A stretch of 38,068 bases of DNA from an uncultured Methanocellales archaeon (lineage in GTDB: Archaea; Halobacteriota; UBA148; JAJOKI01), in contig CAYPOB010000002.1 in assembly GCA_964412405.1 (NCBI GenBank), forward strand, positions 1-38,068. Direction: 5' to 3'. The notes below the pieces were generated by a model. The model had not been told where the DNA came from. It worked only from the letters and a program-made list of their open reading frames with translations, and searched no databases. This document shows, one piece after another, positions 1 through 8,385 of this stretch. Position 1 is the first letter of the stretch. The number at the start of each line of letters is the position of its first letter. Made by a program: the position numbers and the translations under genes.

Positions 1-104
1 GCGATGAAAAAAGGGGTCGAATTGATCAAGAAGCAAATGCTACCTTGATATGAACAGCCTTCCTCAAGCACAATGCTTTAAATCTTAACACCCATTATGA
101 AGGG

Positions 105-1331
105 ATGCCCATGTTCCTAGAATGTATCGAATGTAAAATTCAATATCCAGATTCGGAAATCATTTACATATGCCCAGAGTGCAGCGGGCTTCTTGATGTC
201 ATTTATGATTATTCGAAGATCGATTTTCGCCCGTCAGCACAACTCCCCTCCGTTTGGAAGTATAAGCCACTTTTACCGATTAAAGGGAGCCCGATATCCA
301 TATGTGAGGGGGGAACTCCCCTCTACAAATGCGACCGGTTAGCGAGGCAAATCGGCATCCGCGAGTTATACGTCAAACATGAAGGACTAAATCCCACAGG
401 CTCGTTCAAGGACAGGGGGATGACCGTTGGCGTGTCAAAAGCACTTGAACTGGGGATGAAGACCGTAGCATGTGCATCCACAGGCAACACCTCTGCATCT
501 CTTGCGATATATGCTGCAAAGGCTGGAATATCTGCTGTGGTGCTGCTGCCAGCCGGCAAGGTGGCAATGGGAAAGGTTGCGCAGGCGTTGATGCACGGTG
601 CCAAGGTCATCAGTATCAAGGGCAACTTTGACGATGCATTCCAGCTGGTGCAGGAGCTGTGCGACCAAAGGGGATTTTACCTCCTCAACTCGGTCAACCC
701 GTTCAGGCTTGAGGGGCAGAAGACCCTTGGATTTGAAATCGTAGATCAATTGGACTGGAAGTCGCCAGATAGAGTTATCGTGCCCGTCGGAAATGCGGGC
801 AACATCTCCGCCATCTACAAGGGCTTTGTCGAGTTTCAGAAGTTCGACATCATAGACGAAATCCCGAAGATGACAGGGATACAGGCTGAAGGGGCACCTC
901 CAATTGTCGAGGCATTTAAAAAGGGTGTAAAGGAGATCGTTCCCGAACCAAATCCCGAAACCATCGCTACCGCCATTAGGATAGGGGACCCAGTGAACGC
1001 ACCGAAAGCGCTGCGCGCCATTCGCGATTCAGGCGGAATTGCAGAGGTCGTATCCGATGAAGAGATAATAAGGGCGCAGAAGGATCTTGCCAAGTTGGAG
1101 GGCATAGGCGTTGAGCCAGCGAGTGCATCATCTGTCGCAGGGTTGAGAAAATTGGTCGAACAAGGTGTTATTGATGGCGATGAGCACATCGTCTGCGTCA
1201 CCACAGGACATCTGCTGAAGGACCCCGAGGAAGTTATGAGGGTTTGCGATAAGCCCATCGAGGTTGAGGCGGATATGGGGCAGATATATGCTGTGCTTTT
1301 TGGTGTGCGGAGAGATATTACAACATCCTGA
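105..1331 (+). CDS. thrC: threonine synthase (archaeal type with N-terminal Cys4 ribbon)
   Basis: 408-aa ORF. It has an N-terminal CIEC...CPEC ribbon, the PLP-lysine motif NPTGSFKDRG and a GNAGN loop typical of fold-type II ThrC. Confidence 0.9.
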   Translation: MPMFLECIECKIQYPDSEIIYICPECSGLLDVIYDYSKIDFRPSAQLPSVWKYKPLLPIKGSPISICEGGTPLYKCDRLARQIGIRELYVKHEGLNPTGSFKDRGMTVGVSKALELGMKTVACASTGNTSASLAIYAAKAGISAVVLLPAGKVAMGKVAQALMHGAKVISIKGNFDDAFQLVQELCDQRGFYLLNSVNPFRLEGQKTLGFEIVDQLDWKSPDRVIVPVGNAGNISAIYKGFVEFQKFDIIDEIPKMTGIQAEGAPPIVEAFKKGVKEIVPEPNPETIATAIRIGDPVNAPKALRAIRDSGGIAEVVSDEEIIRAQKDLAKLEGIGVEPASASSVAGLRKLVEQGVIDGDEHIVCVTTGHLLKDPEEVMRVCDKPIEVEADMGQIYAVLFGVRRDITTS

Positions 1332-2127
1332 ACCGATTGATTTGATCTCGCAGGGTTAGTGCAGCCACCCTAACCTTTTCATCAAAATTACGATCCTTGC
1401 CAGCATAGATGATACCTCTGGAAGAGGTGATGATGGCATTTTCACCATGCGAATTGGTGCCAAATCGAACCGCCTCCTCTAAGTTGCCGCCCTGTGCGCC
1501 TATGCCAGGAATCAACATCGGCATGTTCTCGCCTATAATCGTTCGTATCTTCTTTATTTCTTCTGGACAGGTGGCTCCGACTATCAATCCGCAGTTTTCG
1601 TGCACATTCCACTTTACCACCTGCTCAGCCACGATTTGATACAGCGGCTTTGTGCCGATATTTTGAAACTCGGATGCACTGGGGTTGGAAGTTCTGCATA
1701 ACACGAATACTCCCCTGTCCTCATAATTCAGGAAGGGCTTGACGGAATCGACTCCCATATATGGATTTACCGTTACGGCGTCGAAACCGAACACATCGAA
1801 CACCGCTCTTGCGTATGCTCTGGCGGTGTTGCCGATGTCCCCCCTTTTTGCATCGGCGATGATTGGGATAGTGGTTGGAATATATTCTATCGTCTTCATA
1901 AGGGATTTCATCCCCTCTGGACCTGCAGCTTCATAAAACGCCAGATTTGGTTTGTATGCGATTACCAAATCCTTCGTCGCATCGATGACTCGTTTGTTGA
2001 AATCGAAGATGGGGTCATTTTCCTTGCGCAAAGGCGAAGGGATTTCATCGATGTCGGTATCCAGGCCGACGCAGAGGAGGCTGTTGTTCTTTTTTGACGC
2101 ATTGCTAAGTTTATTGTTGAACTTCAT
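1318..2127 (-). CDS. pyrF: orotidine 5'-phosphate decarboxylase (type 2)
   Basis: 269-aa ORF with LCVGLD near the N-terminus and the catalytic IIADAKRGDIGNTA motif. It converges on thrC with a 14-nt overlap. Confidence 0.85.
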   Translation of the reverse strand: MKFNNKLSNASKKNNSLLCVGLDTDIDEIPSPLRKENDPIFDFNKRVIDATKDLVIAYKPNLAFYEAAGPEGMKSLMKTIEYIPTTIPIIADAKRGDIGNTARAYARAVFDVFGFDAVTVNPYMGVDSVKPFLNYEDRGVFVLCRTSNPSASEFQNIGTKPLYQIVAEQVVKWNVHENCGLIVGATCPEEIKKIRTIIGENMPMLIPGIGAQGGNLEEAVRFGTNSHGENAIITSSRGIIYAGKDRNFDEKVRVAALTLRDQINRFRML

Positions 2128-2174
2128 CTTCGCCCTCCTCTTCCTCTCCCCTCTTATTCCTTCTCAATATGCGC

Positions 2175-2774
2175 TTATCCGTTATATGCGCCCATCTCGA
2201 ACTTCCCGTCCCACACAGTGGCAGCCGCGCATATGGGATGCTCAAAGTCCAGACCATACATGGACCTGGCGAGTTCGCCTGCCGTTGTCCCATTCATTCG
2301 CAATGGCTCAAAATCGGTCCGCTCATACGTGGCGATAAACTGCACATCATCTTTTTTGAGCCCGAACTCCTTGACCATCAATCCATCCGATTTTATTATG
2401 CCGAGGTACCCCTTATCAGCAGAGACATCGACGACGCCTGCGATTCTCGGCGTATTGTATGAGTCCTTTTCATAATCCATCGTGAGCAGTCCCAATGCTA
2501 AAGCATCTCTCGGCGGATATCCCAACTGGATCTTTTCGGCTATGGGATCTGTATGTGAGCCATTAGAGGCAACTGCAACATCTCCGACGATCTTGATGCA
2601 GTTATATGAGATATAGGGATTTTGGAGAAGGTCTGCTACATCCTTTGGGACGATGAGCGCCACATCGTCTTTTATCTCGGCGATTCGATTTGGAAAGGAG
2701 CGGGAAGATACCCTATACCCTGCGAAAGGAATTTCACCCGAGCACCCTATTGCGACAATTCTGCCTACATACAT
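2175..2774 (-). CDS. purO: archaeal IMP cyclohydrolase
   Basis: 199-aa ORF starting MYVGRIVAIG. Length and N-terminus match my recall of the archaeal PurO family. Confidence 0.75.
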   Translation of the reverse strand: MYVGRIVAIGCSGEIPFAGYRVSSRSFPNRIAEIKDDVALIVPKDVADLLQNPYISYNCIKIVGDVAVASNGSHTDPIAEKIQLGYPPRDALALGLLTMDYEKDSYNTPRIAGVVDVSADKGYLGIIKSDGLMVKEFGLKKDDVQFIATYERTDFEPLRMNGTTAGELARSMYGLDFEHPICAAATVWDGKFEMGAYNG

Positions 2775-2800
2775 GATATCACCATTAGTTGAGATGTAAA

Positions 2801-3817
2801 TTATTTAAACCCGTTCATGTGAATCGTATCCACCTTGATTCCAAGGATGTTCTTCTTGCCAGCATAAACATCTCGTGCGATCTCGGCACAGCCTATTGCA
2901 GCCCCCCATCTATCAAGGTGGATGGTTTTCATATTTAAGATATCCTCTATTTTAATTCTGATTTCGCCTGGACCGCTCAAAAAAACGGCCTCCAGCATTT
3001 CACGCTCTTCGACCATGATGCGCATCCCAGCTATTTCCATTGCGGTAAACAGGGCGAGCCTATCCAGAGCCAATTGGGCATCATCACTTTTTGTATTTAT
3101 CAGTTCCTTTTGGTCCCTAAAGGATGTGTGTTTCAATATACCCCCTCTTGAAAAAGCCTCGTTTGCACTCATTTTGCCGGCATCAATGTCCCGAATGGCT
3201 TCAAGGTCCAATGGACCATGGAGTATCCCAGGTGCAAAAATACATGCATCTATGGCACCGATAATTTTTCCATTTACCACTCCGACTGTAACGGTATTCG
3301 AGCTTACATCTGAGACGATGAAGGTATCATATCTGCGTAAAAGGGCGTGGTATGCGATTCCAACTTTTTCCGGGCTGGCTCCATGTGAAAACATCTTCAT
3401 CCGCGGGTCTATATCACTCTTGGAGTGTATTCCAGGTATTACAATCGTAGGTATGTTAGATGCCCCGATAACATCGAATACATGAGTGCCGCCCCCAATA
3501 TCTCTCCCAGCTCCTCCAAACCCTCTGACACCACGGTTGGTTACGCATCTAATATCGGTGATCTTTGATATGCCATCTCCCATTGAATATCCTATCGCCA
3601 TCAAATCGATATCGCTTGCCTTGATACGCAAGCCGTCAAGGATGGCCTTAAGCAGTATATCATCTGCCATCTCTCTGGCACTTTCCCGCGATAATTCAAA
3701 ACCATGACCGCCATCCGTTCCGAATCGAATTGATGTGGTACCGTGGTCGATTCCAACAAACATATTATCACATGAATATTCGTGTAGGGGATAATCTAAT
3801 TTATGCACAAGTTTCAA
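2801..3817 (-). CDS. actin-fold ATPase-like protein resembling methanogenesis marker protein 12
   Basis: 338-aa ORF with the phosphate-1 motif VGIDHGTTSIRFG. Size and layout resemble the BadF/BcrA-like marker-12 family (from memory). The true start may be the internal Met at 3763. Confidence 0.5.
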   Translation of the reverse strand: MKLVHKLDYPLHEYSCDNMFVGIDHGTTSIRFGTDGGHGFELSRESAREMADDILLKAILDGLRIKASDIDLMAIGYSMGDGISKITDIRCVTNRGVRGFGGAGRDIGGGTHVFDVIGASNIPTIVIPGIHSKSDIDPRMKMFSHGASPEKVGIAYHALLRRYDTFIVSDVSSNTVTVGVVNGKIIGAIDACIFAPGILHGPLDLEAIRDIDAGKMSANEAFSRGGILKHTSFRDQKELINTKSDDAQLALDRLALFTAMEIAGMRIMVEEREMLEAVFLSGPGEIRIKIEDILNMKTIHLDRWGAAIGCAEIARDVYAGKKNILGIKVDTIHMNGFK

Positions 3818-3850
3818 ATATAATGATTAACAATTAACAAATGTGATAAA

Positions 3851-4270
3851 ATGATAGTCGGCGAAATTATGCACAAGCCAACCTTTGTAGATTCCAGATC
3901 TATAATCACGGATGCCGCTAAAATTATGTGTGAGAAAAACATAGCCTCCGTCATAGTCGGCTCTGCTACCAGTCCAGATGGCATATTGACGGAGCGGGAT
4001 GTACTAAAAAAAGTAGTAGCTGAGGGGATAGATCCAAGGAGGACTCTGGTCAAAGATGTGATGCATCCTAAGGTCGTAACAATTAACGAAAACGCCTCTG
4101 TCCAGGATGCGGCAAAATTGTTGATGACCCATTACATACGACATCTTCCGGTCTCCGACAAATTCGATAAGGTCATAGGTATGGTGAGTGCACGCACCGT
4201 CATGGATGCCTTGGGACGTTTCTATGTAAGTGATCGGCGCCGAAGTAGCTCTCGACCACCGAGCTTTTAA
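3851..4270 (+). CDS. CBS-pair domain protein
   Basis: 139-aa ORF with two CBS repeats (...ASVIVGS..GILTERDVLKKV... and ...HLPVSDKFDKVIGMVSARTVMDAL). Confidence 0.8.
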   Translation: MIVGEIMHKPTFVDSRSIITDAAKIMCEKNIASVIVGSATSPDGILTERDVLKKVVAEGIDPRRTLVKDVMHPKVVTINENASVQDAAKLLMTHYIRHLPVSDKFDKVIGMVSARTVMDALGRFYVSDRRRSSSRPPSF

Positions 4271-4299
4271 ATGATTCATACGGCTACAATCACCTGTTT

Positions 4300-4628
4300 A
4301 TTTTGAAATTGGTATCCTCACACATAGAATACAGTATATTTTAAATACAAGTGGTCCTAACGAATATATCCCTAGCGCGGCAATATCATGAGATGTAATA
4401 ACATAGTTTGGAGGCAAAAACTGGCAGACACGGTAGATAGGATAGAAATAGGACATGCGACTGATACTGGCTGCTGGATTGACGGCCATGGTGCGGAAAG
4501 TACTTGTATTCGGTGTAGAGCCCGTGGATGCTATGATGATGGGTCTCGTAGTTGGCATTGATTGTAGTGTTAACTGTAACAATAGTGGTGTTCACAAAAT
4601 ATGGACCAATAACGAAATCAATTCACTA
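4300..4628 (+). pseudogene. possible decayed PsiE-like small membrane protein gene
   Basis: Pieces in three frames read colinearly: ..LEAKTG.., ..TVDRIEIGH.., MRLILAAGLTAMVRKVLVFGVEPVDAMMMG.., ..LALIVVLTVTIVVFTKY. They resemble the C-terminal half of PsiE-family proteins. Several stops and frameshifts interrupt them, so this is a weak call. Confidence 0.25.
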
Positions 4629-4631
4629 AAA

Positions 4632-4764
4632 GCGGGGGTTGCCAAGTCAGGTCAAATCCGAGATTTAACCTGCCTCAATTCGCAGGCGAATCTCAGTGAC
4701 TAAAGGCGCAGCGTTCAGGGCGCTGTCTCGCAGGAGTTCGTGAGTTCAAATCTCACCCCCCGCA
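4632..4764 (+). tRNA. tRNA-Leu(CAG), class II, with a ~46-48-nt intron in the D-loop
   Basis: Acceptor GCGGGGG/CCCCCGC plus discriminator A. T-arm GTGAG-TTCAAAT-CTCAC. Anticodon arm CAGCG-TTCAGGG-CGCTG, with CAG at 4716-4718. Long variable arm. D-arm GCC-AAGTCAGGTCAAA...GGC is interrupted at about 4657-4702. Confidence 0.8.
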
Positions 4765-4801
4765 TACAACCCCCAGTAAGATGCCTTCAGATATCTTCGA
4801 C

Positions 4802-4914
4802 GCCCCGGTGGCTTAGTGGTATAGCGCGTCCTTGGTACAACATAACCCCCTATCCGACCAAAAAGGGTACAAACAAACAGGACGAGGTCGCGAGTTCAAA
4901 TCTCGCCCGGGGCT
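4802..4914 (+). tRNA. tRNA-Thr(GGU) with a ~41-nt intron at the canonical 37/38 position
   Basis: Acceptor GCCCCGG/CCGGGGC. D-arm GCT-TAGTGGTAT-AGC. Anticodon stem CGTCC/GGACG with loop TTGGTA|intron(4838-4878)|A. T-arm GCGAG-TTCAAAT-CTCGC. Confidence 0.8.
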
Positions 4915-5025
4915 TTTATGACCTGTCGAGTATAGCGAGACAGGTCGTTCTGATGATCAACCTTTTCACTGTTTCACAGTGAGAGGGTCTCTACGGAGTA
5001 GAGACTCCTGTCTGCAGGTTGGTTG

Positions 5026-5048
5026 CAAATCTCGCCCGGGGCTTTTAT
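5026..5048 (+). repeat. exact 23-bp direct repeat of the 3' end of tRNA-Thr (copy of 4897-4919)
   Basis: CAAATCTCGCCCGGGGCTTTTAT occurs at 4897-4919 (T-loop to trailer of tRNA-Thr) and again at 5026-5048. No 5' tRNA half accompanies the second copy. Confidence 0.9.
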
Positions 5049-6298
5049 TTATGCAAGTAGTAATATTGCAGTCACCGCTAAAGATGTTATTATGATCATG
5101 CTGCTTCCGATGATAACGTGTTTTGTAAACTCCCTGTTGCCAGATACTCCAGCCAGTCCAATTTTGGTCATAACACTCGAGATATTGGAGATAATTATAC
5201 CCAGCGCCGCCGTCACGTGATCGATCTTCCCTGCTTGATAGAGAACGATTGCGCTTGTCGTCGCGCTCGCGCTGCTGACCATTCCGCTGATGAGTTTGGA
5301 AACATAGAAACCAATATCGCCAAATTGCGCGTGCGCCAGAGCGGAGATGACGATAATGCACAGGAATGCAAAGCCAAATGTCAGTGCCTGTGTTATGCTG
5401 AACGGCGATTTGATTTCTACTTCTACTCGATGGGCGTTTGTACCCATCAAATGCACATAGACCAAGCCCACGAGCATCATGGTGAGCAAGGGAAATAACG
5501 TCGTTATCGCCAATTGCCATGAAAATATCGCGCAGATGAATAAATTGCGCATACTCATTGCAACATTCGATAGAAGTACGGCTGCAGTGGCAAAGAATAT
5601 CAGGTTTGGATTACCTCGCACGCGCGATGCCAGCTCACATACAACCGCCGTGCTGTTTGCCAGGCCGCCAAAAAAGCCCGTATATGTGATCCCGCGGCTG
5701 CCCATATCCGCTTCATTATGATGTAGTTGATGAAGCCAAAAGCTGAAATCAACATGATCATCAACCAGATGGTTCTGGGGTTTATCATGTGCCATGGGTC
5801 GATGTACACGTTTGGCAAAACAGGAAAAATTACGAACGCAAGGATGCCAAACTTGACAGCTCCTTTTATCTCTTGGTCGGTCAGACCTTTCGCGAACCCA
5901 TGGAGTTCGTGCTTAACAGATAGGATGGCTGTGACGATTATCGTGATGGCAATCGCAAATGCATAAAACTTCATCCCTATCAGGATGCCGACGCCATATG
6001 CCAGCATGAGAGAAACCATAGTCGTCAGATTTATATCCTTATTATTGGACAAGTTCCAGATGGATATGAACGCCGACAATATCACGACGAAGACCGCACC
6101 AACTACGACCAGCTGATGACTTATAAAACTGAAAATAGTTCCACATAGAGCTATCAGTGCGAACGTCCTGATACCCGCTTCCTTGTGTGCCCACTCGCGC
6201 TCAATGCCTATGAACATGCCAAGGGCCATGCTCAAACCAATTTTGAACAGGGATTCATATATCTCCGGGGAGTGCATCATAATATATCGCTCCATCAT
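5049..6298 (-). pseudogene. MgtC/SapB-N plus DUF4010-type membrane protein, split by one frameshift
   Basis: Two overlapping ORFs (6298-5600 and 5795-5049) join into about 416 aa. The N-terminal part has GIEREW..AGIRTF (MgtC-like). The second frame continues with GSRGITYTGFFGGLANSTAV (DUF4010-like). The frame change lies at about 5697-5712. Confidence 0.7.
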
Positions 6299-6366
6299 CT
6301 ACAAAATCAAAGATTTGAGTATCCCCCTACAGCTATGTCTTAGGTGTATATATCTCCAAACTTGAA

Positions 6367-6441
6367 TGGGGCAGAGCGAATTTGAATCGCCGTCCACGGC
6401 TCCCAAAGCCGCGAGGATGGACCAGGCTACCCTACTGCCCC
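6367..6441 (-). tRNA. tRNA-Pro(UGG)
   Basis: The reverse complement reads GGGGCAG..TAGCCTGGTCCATCC..GCGGC-TTTGGGA-GCCGT..GGCGA-TTCAAAT-TCGCT-CTGCCCC-A. It is 75 nt with no intron. Confidence 0.85.
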
Positions 6442-6497
6442 CCCATATGAATAGCAAGTGATTGGATAAAAAAGTTTCCAAGTAATTAAATAGAAAC

Positions 6498-6507
6498 CTT
6501 TATATTA
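6498..6507 (+). promoter_or_regulatory. TATA-box-like element upstream of the AOR-remnant ATG
   Basis: CTTTATATTA is centred about 26 nt upstream of ATG 6529, consistent with a leaderless archaeal promoter. Confidence 0.3.
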
Positions 6508-6528
6508 CTAACATGGGAGAAAATAATA

Positions 6529-6697
6529 ATGGGGGAATTCGATGGCATATACTGACAAGATTTTGTGGGTTGACTTGGCAAAAGGGTTACATACACAGGC
6601 TCGGAGAGATGCACGATAAATACTATTTGAGATTGGAGGTTAGGACAAACAAGGCAAGCCCACAGAAGAAAAACTGGGAGGAGTAGGGCTAGCGTAA
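6529..6697 (+). pseudogene. remnant of the N-terminus of an aldehyde:ferredoxin oxidoreductase (AOR-family) gene
   Basis: The sequence reads MGEFDGIY, then a 1-nt frameshift, then DKILWVDLAKGLHTQARRDAR*ILFEIGG*DKQGKPTEEKLGGVGLA*. It is colinear with the AOR/FOR N-terminus (M.G..G+ILRVNL.TG-15aa-IGGRG), including the 15-residue spacing. It carries two nonsense codons and the remaining ~550 codons are absent. Confidence 0.4.
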
Positions 6698-6706
6698 TCA
6701 AGGGCT

Positions 6707-6982
6707 GTGAAAGTGTATGTAAAATTCTATGCGATATTTCGAGACATAGTCTGACAAAGGGAAATACAAAGGGGGTTTGATGGCACCGTATGCGATCTCT
6801 TGGACCGTCTTTGCAAAGAATATGGTGAGGAATTCAAAAACGCTATATTCGATGAGAGCAAGCTCAGAAATTATATAAAAATACTCGTGAATGGTCGTGA
6901 TATCGAATTTTTGGATGGGATCAAGACAAAATTAAGTGATGAAGATGTGGTAGTTATATTTCCGCCAGTGGGCGGGGGATGA
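6707..6982 (+). pseudogene. moaD: MoaD/ThiS-like sulfur-carrier protein with an in-frame TGA
   Basis: GTG 6707 gives VKVYVKFYAIFRDIV, then TGA (6752-6754), then QREIQRGFDGTVCDLLDRLCKEYGEEF...ILVNGRDIEFLDG...VVVIFPPVGGG, all in one frame. The stop sits where MoaD proteins usually have Gly (GGA to TGA). The C-terminal GG is intact. Confidence 0.65.
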
Positions 6983-6991
6983 TGGCCTCCT

Positions 6992-7441
6992 TCATACCAA
7001 GACGCCATGCTCATCGATCTCGCCTTTTTTGATTCTGGTGGATGATATTGGTTTTCCATCCTGAGCCAGCACGAAATCTATCTTGACGATCTCGATGGGT
7101 TGAAGCCCTTTCTTATCTCTGATTCGATTGATTTCCATGGCAACAGGATAGGTATCTGGGGATATTACAATATAGTCGAAATGTTCCTCGATCGTCGGAC
7201 CATGGGGATCGCATAATTTTTGTATATTCGGAATGATGTCAAATTCTCGATGGATGTACTGCTCGAGCGCTTCCCTCCTCCACCCATATGAGGACACCTC
7301 GTGATACCGGTGATCCGCCATGGCATCAGAGGTCAGTCCGATATACACCTCGCCGAGTTCATATGCTTTTTTAAGTATGGCTCTGTGCCCATCATGTAGC
7401 GGTTCAAATGTCCCTCCAACTGCCACTCTCTTTTTCTCCAT
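6992..7441 (-). CDS. coaD: archaeal-type phosphopantetheine adenylyltransferase (cytidylyltransferase fold)
   Basis: 149-aa ORF with the nucleotidyltransferase motif GGTFEPLHDGH and a C-terminal ISSTRI motif. Confidence 0.7.
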   Translation of the reverse strand: MEKKRVAVGGTFEPLHDGHRAILKKAYELGEVYIGLTSDAMADHRYHEVSSYGWRREALEQYIHREFDIIPNIQKLCDPHGPTIEEHFDYIVISPDTYPVAMEINRIRDKKGLQPIEIVKIDFVLAQDGKPISSTRIKKGEIDEHGVLV

Positions 7442-7445
7442 AATA

Positions 7446-8258
7446 TCACGTTCGAATGGGGATCCCGCGTTCTCTAAGATATTTCTTTACATCGCCAATT
7501 GTATATTCGCCGAAGTGAAATATGCTCGCGGCCAGACATGCGTCTGCTTTACCTTGGGTAAATGCTTCATATATGTGTCCGATGTTTCCTGCACCGCCAG
7601 ATGCGATAACGGGAATGTTGACCGCCTCTGCTACTGCTCTGGTGACCGGTATGTCATAACCATGCTTGGTACCATCACGGTCCATGCTCGTGAGCAATAG
7701 CTCTCCAGAACCAAGCGACTCCACCTCCTGAGCCCAGCGGATCGCATCCAGGTCGGTCGATTTTCGCCCGCCGTAAATGACCACTTCGTACCAGACTTCG
7801 CTCCCGTCCTCCAACCGGACCATCGTTTTATCATCTGCGAAATCATAATTGCGCCTGCAATCAATGGCGGTGACGATGCATTGAGACCCAAACACGTCCG
7901 ATGCCTCACTGATAAATGCTGGATTTTGTACAGCAGACGTGTTAATCGAGACTTTATCTGCTCCAGCCTTGAGGATGGTCCTGATGTCATCTATGGAATT
8001 GATGCCCCCTCCCACGGTTAAGGGGATGAATACCGCATCTGCGGTGCGCTCGATCACATCGATCATCGTCCTTCGGCCTTCGTGTGATGCCGTTATGTCC
8101 AGAAAGACGAGTTCGTCAGCTCCCTGTTCGTCATATCGCCCGGCAAGCTCGACTGGATCGCCTGCGTCCCGCAAATTTACAAATTCGACGCCCTTAACGA
8201 CCATGCCCCCTTCGTCAAGGGTCACGTCAAGGCATGGAATGATCCTCTTTGTCAGCAT
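7446..8258 (-). CDS. hisF: imidazole glycerol phosphate synthase cyclase subunit
   Basis: Motifs [26 protein letters not shown]. The start is taken at the second Met ([12 protein letters not shown]); the ORF opens at 8270. Confidence 0.9.
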   Translation of the reverse strand: MLTKRIIPCLDVTLDEGGMVVKGVEFVNLRDAGDPVELAGRYDEQGADELVFLDITASHEGRRTMIDVIERTADAVFIPLTVGGGINSIDDIRTILKAGADKVSINTSAVQNPAFISEASDVFGSQCIVTAIDCRRNYDFADDKTMVRLEDGSEVWYEVVIYGGRKSTDLDAIRWAQEVESLGSGELLLTSMDRDGTKHGYDIPVTRAVAEAVNIPVIASGGAGNIGHIYEAFTQGKADACLAASIFHFGEYTIGDVKKYLRERGIPIRT

Positions 8259-8385
8259 AAAAACTCCCACACCGACACTGAATTCTTAATAAATAAAGTC
8301 TCCCTTCTTCATCGATATTCACAACTACTATTTTAAGTCATTATATCTAAGGAGTTATATGTCAACATAATTTTCCAGAGGCATT

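Noticed and set aside
1-48. A possible 3' end of an upstream plus-strand CDS (...AMKKGVELIKKQMLP*).
   Set aside because: Only 15 codons are visible and the frame cannot be verified, so it is not reported as a feature.
4834-4880. A strict bulge-helix-bulge motif for the tRNA-Thr intron.
   Set aside because: Only a relaxed version could be drawn by hand (3 of 4 central pairs, with a competing GUAC/GUAC pairing). The intron call rests on the exon structure, not on a BHB.
4455-4982. Track ORFs 4455-4703 and 4740-4982 (plus strand) and 4966-5520 (minus strand).
   Set aside because: They run through the tRNA-Leu and tRNA-Thr genes or the repeat/hairpin spacer. Only the first ~50 codons of 4455-4703 look protein-like, and those are covered by the PsiE-like remnant call.
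6752-6754. The in-frame TGA in moaD-like as a selenocysteine codon.
   Set aside because: The aligned position is a Gly in the family, not a redox Cys. No SECIS-like hairpin is evident downstream, since the 3' flank is the converging coaD gene. The inferred lineage is not known to use Sec. A nonsense mutation or base error is simpler.
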